This document shows, one piece after another, positions 57,765 to 64,000 of a DNA stretch of 64,000 nucleotides; position 1 is the first letter of the stretch; each line of letters opens with the position of its first letter. This stretch comes from an uncultured Chloroflexia bacterium (GTDB taxonomy: Bacteria > Chloroflexota > Limnocylindria > Limnocylindrales > CSP1-4). A program made the position numbers and the translations under genes. Location: contig CAVUKR010000003.1 in NCBI GenBank assembly GCA_963742075.1, positions 4,248-68,247 of the forward strand, read 5' to 3'. The notes below the pieces were generated by a model. The model was not told the DNA's origin. It saw nothing but the letters and a program-made list of their open reading frames with translations, and did not search any database.

Positions 57765-58921
57765 GCGTCGACTTCGATCCGGTCCGGCTGGGTCCGTCGC
57801 GACGGCGGCTGGATCCGGTCGTGACCGGGGTGGTCGTCATGGTCATCGCGCTCTCGGTGGCCGTCGTCAAGCCCTGGGAGCCCGGCCCGGCCGGCAAGGC
57901 CGCGGTCGCGTCTCCGACATCCGCGATGACGTCTCACGCGCCGACCGCGGCGCCCGCGATCCGGCTCGCGTCCGCTCACCTGCCGATCTGGGCGGACCTG
58001 GCGCCGATCGTCGTCCCGCACGACGCGTGGGGCATCCGGGCGATCGTCGATGGGGCGCGCGGCCAAGCCGCGCCGCCGCTGACCGCGAGCTATGCGGACA
58101 CCTGGTCGCCCGCGACGGCGGTCGGGCGCGAGGGAAGCGACGCTGTGGTCGTCCGCCGGGATGAGCGGCCGATCATCGTGCTCGGCGTGACCGTCCCGCG
58201 AGCGGAGGCGGGCGTCGACGCGAGGATCTGGCGAGTCCATCGCGGCAACCAGCTCGAATGGCTCGATGCGATCCCGATCCTGTCGGGCGACGTGAACGGG
58301 TCGTTCCTCTACCTGCGACCCGGAGTCGACGGCGCGCCGTTCGCCGAGTGGGGAGCCGGGGAGTACCGGGTCGACGTCCTCGTCGGTGACGGCGTGCGGC
58401 GGCTCGATGTCGAGATCCCCGACCGGTTCGGCGATGTCCCGCCGCTCGACGACTTCCCGTCGGCGCAGGCCGTGACCGCCGGTGCGGCCGACAGCGACAT
58501 CTCGGGCGTGCCCGCGGGTCCGTTCGCGACGACGGACGGCGTGGGCGTCCCGCTCGAGGCGATGCCGTATCGGCCGCTCTCCGAAGCGGAGGCCTGGGAG
58601 GACCTGGTGCTCTTCGACGGAGCGCACGTCGCGAGCGTCTCGCTGCCGCGCGCGTCCGGGCTGGGCGTGATGCTCGAGCCCGGTGCCTTGCTGGGCACCG
58701 AGAGCATCGCCCGGCTGTCACCCGACGGCGAATCATTCGCGGCCCCCGCCCCGGTCGAGGAGGTGACCGAGCATCCGCCGCGCGCGCGGTACGTTGTCTT
58801 TCCGGCGCCGGGCGGTGGCCCGTGGCGGCCCGGGGTGTACGCGATCTCCGTCACCTGGACCGACGATTCGGGACCGCACAAGGGCACCTGGCACATCGAG
58901 CTGCGGGCCGACGGAGGCTAG
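57761..58921 (+). CDS. uncharacterised single-pass membrane protein, paralog B (386 aa)
   Basis: ATGA overlap with the paralog A stop. MSVDFDPVRLGPSRRRLDPVVTGVVVMVIALSVAVV, ARIWRVHRGNQLEW, GEYRVDVLV, SLPRASGLGVM, PGVYAISVTWTD..GTWHIELR. Confidence 0.7.
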   Translation: MSVDFDPVRLGPSRRRLDPVVTGVVVMVIALSVAVVKPWEPGPAGKAAVASPTSAMTSHAPTAAPAIRLASAHLPIWADLAPIVVPHDAWGIRAIVDGARGQAAPPLTASYADTWSPATAVGREGSDAVVVRRDERPIIVLGVTVPRAEAGVDARIWRVHRGNQLEWLDAIPILSGDVNGSFLYLRPGVDGAPFAEWGAGEYRVDVLVGDGVRRLDVEIPDRFGDVPPLDDFPSAQAVTAGAADSDISGVPAGPFATTDGVGVPLEAMPYRPLSEAEAWEDLVLFDGAHVASVSLPRASGLGVMLEPGALLGTESIARLSPDGESFAAPAPVEEVTEHPPRARYVVFPAPGGGPWRPGVYAISVTWTDDSGPHKGTWHIELRADGG

Positions 58922-58955
58922 TCGGGGGGCGTTCGACATCGGCTATGCTCCGGCC

Positions 58956-60011
58956 ATGCCGCGCCCCCTGTCGCGCAAGATCCCGCTGGCCGAGCTGCAT
59001 TGCCATCTGGGTGGGGCGGTCACCCCGGCCATCATGTGGGGGATCGCCCACTCGCAGGGGATCAAGCTCCCGACCAAGGACTACTGGGAGTTCCGCGACA
59101 TGATCACCGTGTCGGCGCGGCGCAACCGGTCGTTCGACGGCTACCTGCAGCTGTTCCACTGGACCGAGCTCATCCAGAGCTCCCCGCTCGCCGTCGAGCG
59201 CTCGGTTTACGAGGTCGTCGGCGGGGCGTATCGCAAGAACAACGTCACGACGATGGAGCTTCGCTTCAACCCGATGAAGCGGAACCGCGGCGGCGAGCAG
59301 GACCTCGACCACATCATCGCGGCGGCGGTCCGCGGGATGGACAAGGCGAGCCTGGAATACCCGATCAGGCCGGGCCTGCTGTTCTGCCTCGATCGCGCCT
59401 TCCCGTACGAGCTGAACGAGATCATCGTCGAGAAGGCGATCAGCTGGCACGACCGGGGCGTGGTCGGGGTCGACATCGCCGGCCCCGAATCGGCGACCTT
59501 CCGGGTGGCCGACTACCGCCGTCTCTTCCGTCGCGCCCGCCAGTACGGCCTCGGACTGACCGTCCATACGGGCGAATCGGGCCCGGTCGAGGAGGTCGCC
59601 CGCGTGGTGGAGCTGCTCGAGCCCGACCGGATCGGGCACGGCGTCAAGGCCGCCTACGATCCCCGCGCGATGGCGATGATCCGCGACCGCGGGATCGTCC
59701 TCGAGATCTGCCCGACCTCGAACCTCAACACCCGCGTCGTGTCGGGCTGGGACGAGTTCCGCTGGATCTTCGACACGTTCCGGCGGAACGAGGTCCGCTT
59801 CACGATCAGCACCGACGGCCCGGAGATGCTCAAGACCTACATCCGGGACGAGATGGCCCAGCTCGGCCGGCTCGGGATCCTGACCGTGGCAGATCAGGAG
59901 GTCGCCGCCGCCACGTCGCTCGCGGCCTCGTTCGTCCCGAATGTCAGCGACGTCCCCGCCCCGCGTCTCGAACCGGCCTCACGCGTCGCCGTCGAACGGG
60001 AAGAGGCCTGA
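58956..60011 (+). CDS. adenosine/adenine deaminase family protein
   Basis: Internal ATG of ORF 58794-60011. LAELHCHLGG, VHTGES, IGHG, EICPTSN, ISTDGP. Confidence 0.8.
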   Translation: MPRPLSRKIPLAELHCHLGGAVTPAIMWGIAHSQGIKLPTKDYWEFRDMITVSARRNRSFDGYLQLFHWTELIQSSPLAVERSVYEVVGGAYRKNNVTTMELRFNPMKRNRGGEQDLDHIIAAAVRGMDKASLEYPIRPGLLFCLDRAFPYELNEIIVEKAISWHDRGVVGVDIAGPESATFRVADYRRLFRRARQYGLGLTVHTGESGPVEEVARVVELLEPDRIGHGVKAAYDPRAMAMIRDRGIVLEICPTSNLNTRVVSGWDEFRWIFDTFRRNEVRFTISTDGPEMLKTYIRDEMAQLGRLGILTVADQEVAAATSLAASFVPNVSDVPAPRLEPASRVAVEREEA

Positions 60012-60251
60012 CCAGCCGATCGCGATGAGCGGCGGCAGGCGCCACGCGTCACGGCGCGATCGCGGGTCCTGCCCCACCAGTCATCCGCGGTGCCGATGAC
60101 CACCGCCCCGCACCCCAAGCGATGGCAGCGCACTGCACCTGGCGCCACGACCGCCCGCGCTCGTCAGCACGGGGCGCAGAGAAGAGGGTCCGGGCCACCA
60201 TCTGACATTCGGGGCGCGGCGGGGCGACGACGGGCGGTCGAGGATGGACGC

Positions 60252-60779
60252 GTGGACATCGACTTCACCGGCTTTGCCGGCGACTGCATCATCAACGGGC
60301 GGTTCCAGCTCGGCACGCGGCGGCTGACGGACGAGCTCGAACGGACGGACAGCGTCACGCTTCGCGACGTCACCCTCGACGGCCTCGATGGTCACAAGGT
60401 GACGACGCCGACCTTCACCATCGAACGTTCGGAGCTGTGCGCGGTCGTAGCCCGCGGCCCCCGGGGTCGACGGTCGCTCCGCATCGCCACCGACCGGCGG
60501 CGCCTGCATGCCCAGATCGGGCCGTACGTCGTTCTGGGCCGCTATCACGGACCCCTCGGCGCGACGAGCCTGCGGCATTTCGTCGAGCGCGATCCGCTCG
60601 TTCCTCTGACCGATGCCACGATCGCCTACGTGGTCGGGGGCGTCCTCGAGGTCGTCGACGCCTCGACGCTGATCGTCAACCGGGAGCTGGCCTCGTGGTA
60701 CCGCGAGGCCGACGAGGAGCGCCAGCCGGGCGCGCTGTCCTTCGGCCAGCGGGCGGCCCGCCGCCGGATCAGGACCTGA
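60252..60779 (+). CDS. hypothetical protein (175 aa)
   Basis: GTG 7 nt after GAGGA, within ORF 60090-60779. No family recognised. Confidence 0.5.
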   Translation: MDIDFTGFAGDCIINGRFQLGTRRLTDELERTDSVTLRDVTLDGLDGHKVTTPTFTIERSELCAVVARGPRGRRSLRIATDRRRLHAQIGPYVVLGRYHGPLGATSLRHFVERDPLVPLTDATIAYVVGGVLEVVDASTLIVNRELASWYREADEERQPGALSFGQRAARRRIRT

Positions 60780-60813
60780 CGCCCGCAGCACGCCGAGAAC
60801 GGAGAATCGCCCG

Positions 60814-61518
60814 CTAACTTTCCGTGATTCGGTAGGAGCAGCAGCGGTCGCCGGAGGCGATGTGCTGCTCGCGGACGACGTCGGCGCCCAGGACGTCGCT
60901 GAACAGCTCCAGCTCCGCCCGGCAGGCCGCCGGCGAGCCCTGCGCGACGTGGAAGATCGCGCAGTTGTGCTCTTGCAGCCGGATCGTGCCGTCGGGCTCG
61001 AGGATGGCCTCGGCGAGGTAGCCTTGGTCGGCTTGGATGACCGCGAGCTCGCGGACGCGGTCGACCAGCGGCGCATCGGGCGCGACATGGGCCGCCATGT
61101 GCTCACGGACCCGGATCCCGAGCTGGCGCCGCCTGGCGTCGAAGACCTGGTCGAGCAGGTCGTCGCCCCCGACCGCCTCGATCGCGGCCAGCAACCCTGA
61201 GGCCAGCGCGTCGTAGTTGGTCGGGAACATGTCCTGGGCATCGGGCGTGACGTCGTACAGGTGACGCGGCCGTCCCACGCCGTGGCGTACGGTCTGGCGG
61301 CTGACGAGCTCCGCCGATTCGAGCGCGCGGAGCTGCTGGAGGACGCCGGTCCGGCTGGCGCCGAGCCGTTCAGCCAGCTGATCGGGTGAGCTTGGCCCGT
61401 CGAGGCGCAGCCGCAGCAGCAGGTCGCGGCGCAGGTTCGACGGTCCTCCGTTCGCACGCTCGGCGAACGGCCCGGAGGTGGGGTCGTGGGCGTCGAGACG
61501 CGGCAGTGGCTCCCTCAT
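60814..61518 (-). CDS. winged-helix (ArsR/SufR-like) transcriptional regulator with C-terminal four-Cys region
   Basis: 234-aa ORF. wHTH region LLLRLRLDGPSSPDQLAERLGASRTGVLQQLRALESAELV. C-terminal EHNCAIFHVA..PAACRAELE...GDRCCSYRI. Confidence 0.7.
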   Translation of the reverse strand: MREPLPRLDAHDPTSGPFAERANGGPSNLRRDLLLRLRLDGPSSPDQLAERLGASRTGVLQQLRALESAELVSRQTVRHGVGRPRHLYDVTPDAQDMFPTNYDALASGLLAAIEAVGGDDLLDQVFDARRRQLGIRVREHMAAHVAPDAPLVDRVRELAVIQADQGYLAEAILEPDGTIRLQEHNCAIFHVAQGSPAACRAELELFSDVLGADVVREQHIASGDRCCSYRITES

Positions 61519-61574
61519 CGGCCAACGGTAGCACCGGTCACCGGCGGGCGCTTTCCGGGTGTTACGCTCGACCG

Positions 61575-62741
61575 ATGGACCTCGATCTCTCGCCCGAGCA
61601 CGTGCTCCTGCGCGACACCATCCGCGACTTCATGCTGACCGAGGTCGCCCCGGTCATCGACGAGCACGAGCGCGCCCGCCGGTTCCCGATCGAGATCGTC
61701 CGGCGGATCGGCGAGCTCGGCTGGCTCGGCATCCCGATCCCCGAGGACGAAGGCGGGGCCGGGCTCGACACCCTCGCCTACGCGATCGCGATCGAGGAGA
61801 TCGGCCGGGTGTGGGGCTCGCTCGGATTGATCGTGGCGGCCCATACGAGCCTCGGCTGCGGCCCGCTCCACCTGGCGGGCTCGCCCGAGCAGCGGCAGCG
61901 CTACCTCGTCCCGTTGGCCAGCGGCCGGGTCATCGGCGCGTATGGGCTGACCGAGCCCGGTGCGGGGAGCGATTCGGGCGGGACGCGGACGACGGCGCGG
62001 CTCGAGGACGGCCCTGACGGCGGGACGTGGGTCCTCGATGGCAGCAAGCGGTTCATCACCAATGCGGGACAGGCGGGCACGTACGTGGTGACGGCGCGGA
62101 CCGGGACGCGGGACGACGGCGCTGCCGAGATCAGCGCGTTCATCGTGCCGTCGGACACGCGCGGCTTCTCGGTCGGCCGCCTCGAGGAGAAGCTGGGGCT
62201 GCATGCGTCGGCGACCGGCGAGCTGCTGTTCGACGGGGCTCGCATCCCGGCTGCGAACCTCCTGGGCGAGCAGGGAAGCGGCTTCAAGACGTTCCTGCGC
62301 ATCCTCGATGGCGGGCGGATCTCGATCGGCGCGCTGGCGGTCGGCATCGCCCAGGGAGCGCTCGACGCATCGGTCCCGTATGCCCGGACGCGCGAGCAGT
62401 TCGGCCGACCGATCGGGAGCTTCCAGGGGGTCGCCTTCATGGTCGCGGACATGGCGACCGAGATCGAGGCCGCGCGGGGCCTCGTCTGGCGGGCGGCCTG
62501 GCTCAAGGACCAGGGTCGCGACTTCGGCCTCGTGGCGGCGCAGGCCAAGCTGTTCGCCTCGGAGGTCAGCTCGCGCGTCACGAACCACGCCATCCAGATC
62601 CACGGCGGCTACGGCTACGTCACCGAATACCCGGTCGAGCGTTACCTGCGTGACGCCAAGTTGACCGAGATCGGCGAGGGGACAAGCCAGATCCAGCGGC
62701 TCGTCATCGCCCGGCGGATCCTCGGCCTACGGGTAGTCTGA
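61575..62741 (+). CDS. acyl-CoA dehydrogenase
   Basis: Internal ATG of ORF 61386-62741. YGLTEPGAGSD, KRFITNAG, QIHGGYGY, IGEGTSQIQR. Confidence 0.9.
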   Translation: MDLDLSPEHVLLRDTIRDFMLTEVAPVIDEHERARRFPIEIVRRIGELGWLGIPIPEDEGGAGLDTLAYAIAIEEIGRVWGSLGLIVAAHTSLGCGPLHLAGSPEQRQRYLVPLASGRVIGAYGLTEPGAGSDSGGTRTTARLEDGPDGGTWVLDGSKRFITNAGQAGTYVVTARTGTRDDGAAEISAFIVPSDTRGFSVGRLEEKLGLHASATGELLFDGARIPAANLLGEQGSGFKTFLRILDGGRISIGALAVGIAQGALDASVPYARTREQFGRPIGSFQGVAFMVADMATEIEAARGLVWRAAWLKDQGRDFGLVAAQAKLFASEVSSRVTNHAIQIHGGYGYVTEYPVERYLRDAKLTEIGEGTSQIQRLVIARRILGLRVV

Positions 62742-63203
62742 GCCCGCGTTGTCTCCGGAACCCGCCGCGACCAGGATCCCGGCGCGCAAGGCGGCCTCGA
62801 ATGCCGGGCCCCACGGACCCTGGCCGACCATGACGAACGGCGACTGCTCGACCGACTGGTAGGTCTCCGGGTCGGTCACGAACGACCGGGCGCAGGTATC
62901 GACCGTCGACCGCAGCCGCTCGTAGGTCGCCCGGTTCGCGAACATGTACAGGTAGATCCTGACGGTCGCTGTCTGGTCGAGTCCGGACGCATCGAACGCC
63001 CGGGCGGTCGGCTTGAGCACCTTGTCCGCGCAGCCGGCATCGCCCGCCACGACCTGGTCGATGTTGATCCCGCGCTTGGCGAACTCCGCCGCGGTTCCCT
63101 GGAAGTCGGCCGGGCTCGGCGATGGCGGGGTCGTCTCGACCAGGCCACAGCCGGCCACGAAGAGCGCGACGAGGCAGAGGACCAGGCGACCGGGGATGGA
63201 CAT
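62727..63203 (-). CDS. small lipoprotein (158 aa)
   Basis: Internal ATG of ORF 62727-63992 gives MSIPGRLVLCLVALFVAGCG (lipobox). Confidence 0.6.
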   Translation of the reverse strand: MSIPGRLVLCLVALFVAGCGLVETTPPSPSPADFQGTAAEFAKRGINIDQVVAGDAGCADKVLKPTARAFDASGLDQTATVRIYLYMFANRATYERLRSTVDTCARSFVTDPETYQSVEQSPFVMVGQGPWGPAFEAALRAGILVAAGSGDNAGSDYP

Positions 63204-63326
63204 CGAGCCGGAGGCTACCACCCGTGGGCAGGAGGCGCCGTCGGGCCGCGGCGGCGGAGCGGCCGCTATCGTACGATGCGACGGTCCCGAACAGCCGACG
63301 ACCCGCAGGCGTCTTCGTGAGGTCCC

Positions 63327-64000
63327 GTGCCCGACATCCGTGCGTTCCGTGCGCTCCGCTACGATCAGGCGGCCGTGGCCGACCTCGCACTCGTCGTGGC
63401 ACCGCCCTATGACGTCATCGGCCCGGCCGAGCACGAGCGGCTGCTTGCCCGCCACCCGGCCAACGTCGTCCGCCTCGACCTGCCGGCGGCCGAGCCCCGC
63501 GACGAACCCGATGATCGCTATCGGCGGGCGGCCCGGGTCCTGGCCGGCTGGCGCTCGGACGGGACCCTCCACAAGGATCCGCATCCGTCGATCTACGTCT
63601 ACGAGCAGACCTATCGCGTGCCGGACACGGATGTCAGCCGGACGCAGCGCGGCTTCTTCGCGCGGATCCGGCTGGAGCCGTTCGGACCGGGTTCGGGCGT
63701 CCTGCCGCACGAACGCACGATGTCCGGCCCGCGGGAGGACCGCTACAAGCTGCTCCGGGCGACCGGCGTGAACACCAGCCCGGTGGTCGGGCTGTACGAG
63801 GATCGCGACGGTGCGGCTCGGGCGGTGCTCGACGAAGTCGTGGCCCGGCCGGCCGACCTCGACCTGACCGACGACGACGGGAGCCGCCACCGACTCTGGG
63901 CGGTCCCCGCGGACGGCGCGGCGAACGCGGCGGTCGCCCCGCTCCTCACCGCCGCATCGCGGGGCCCCGTGACCATCGCCGACGGCCACCATCGGTACGA
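63327..64000 (+). CDS. DUF1015-family protein, 5' part (runs off the right edge)
   Basis: Open to the window end, so absent from the ORF track. GTG at 63327 after GAGG. VPDIRAFRALRYDQAAVADLALVVAPPYDVIGPAEHERLL...VLPHERTMSGPREDRYKLLRATGVNTSPVVGLY...IADGHHRY. Confidence 0.75.
   Translation, partial: MPDIRAFRALRYDQAAVADLALVVAPPYDVIGPAEHERLLARHPANVVRLDLPAAEPRDEPDDRYRRAARVLAGWRSDGTLHKDPHPSIYVYEQTYRVPDTDVSRTQRGFFARIRLEPFGPGSGVLPHERTMSGPREDRYKLLRATGVNTSPVVGLYEDRDGAARAVLDEVVARPADLDLTDDDGSRHRLWAVPADGAANAAVAPLLTAASRGPVTIADGHHRY

Overview
High-GC (about 70%) chromosomal segment. The gene content looks Actinomycetota-like, possibly Chloroflexota-like (F420/LLM and PPOX enzymes, a metY-metX pair, many lipoproteins). 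All product calls come from reading the translated ORFs and motifs by eye; no searches were run.

I support about 65 protein genes, one tRNA-Gln(CTG), one clear TPP riboswitch, one intact IS481-family insertion sequence with a 6-bp target duplication, and one degraded transposase fragment. There is also a TetR promoter/operator pair, an intrinsic terminator inside the metY leader, and several small repeats. Most of the very long ORFs in the six-frame track are antisense or out-of-frame artefacts of the GC content and were discarded.

Layout:
- 0-7 kb: ApbE flavin-transferase operon, a large zinc-ribbon/adenylate-cyclase/STAND-ATPase/TPR protein, and a YcaQ/AlkZ-like glycosylase.
- 7.5-13.5 kb: two XRE regulators, three secreted or unusual proteins, a transposase remnant and tRNA-Gln. 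This looks like an islet.
- 13.5-25 kb: M15 peptidase, CE7 esterase, metY-metX with a structured leader, and a TetR/MFS module.
- 25.3-28.7 kb: TPP riboswitch, then a ThiY-like binding protein, a permease and a glycosyltransferase, with no ATPase.
- 31-42.9 kb: aldehyde dehydrogenase, LLM oxidoreductase, mutY-like gene, glpD, plsY, lpd, and 2-oxoacid dehydrogenase E1 alpha and E1 beta.
- 42.9-53 kb: a mosaic accessory block that includes the IS481 element.
- 53-64 kb: E2, lipA, a tandem pair of uncharacterised membrane-anchored paralogs, adenosine deaminase, and acyl-CoA dehydrogenase.

Main observations:
1. At least ten conserved genes between 7.8 and 41.9 kb need single-base frame corrections. 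Assembly indels are the most likely cause, and they create false fusions and truncations.
2. The lpd-E1-E2-lipA cluster is split by about 10 kb of accessory DNA.
3. Three loci look new enough to follow up: the lipA-linked paralog pair, the riboswitch-controlled transporter plus glycosyltransferase, and the metY leader RNA.

I did not find a recognisable defence system, CRISPR array, prophage or rRNA.
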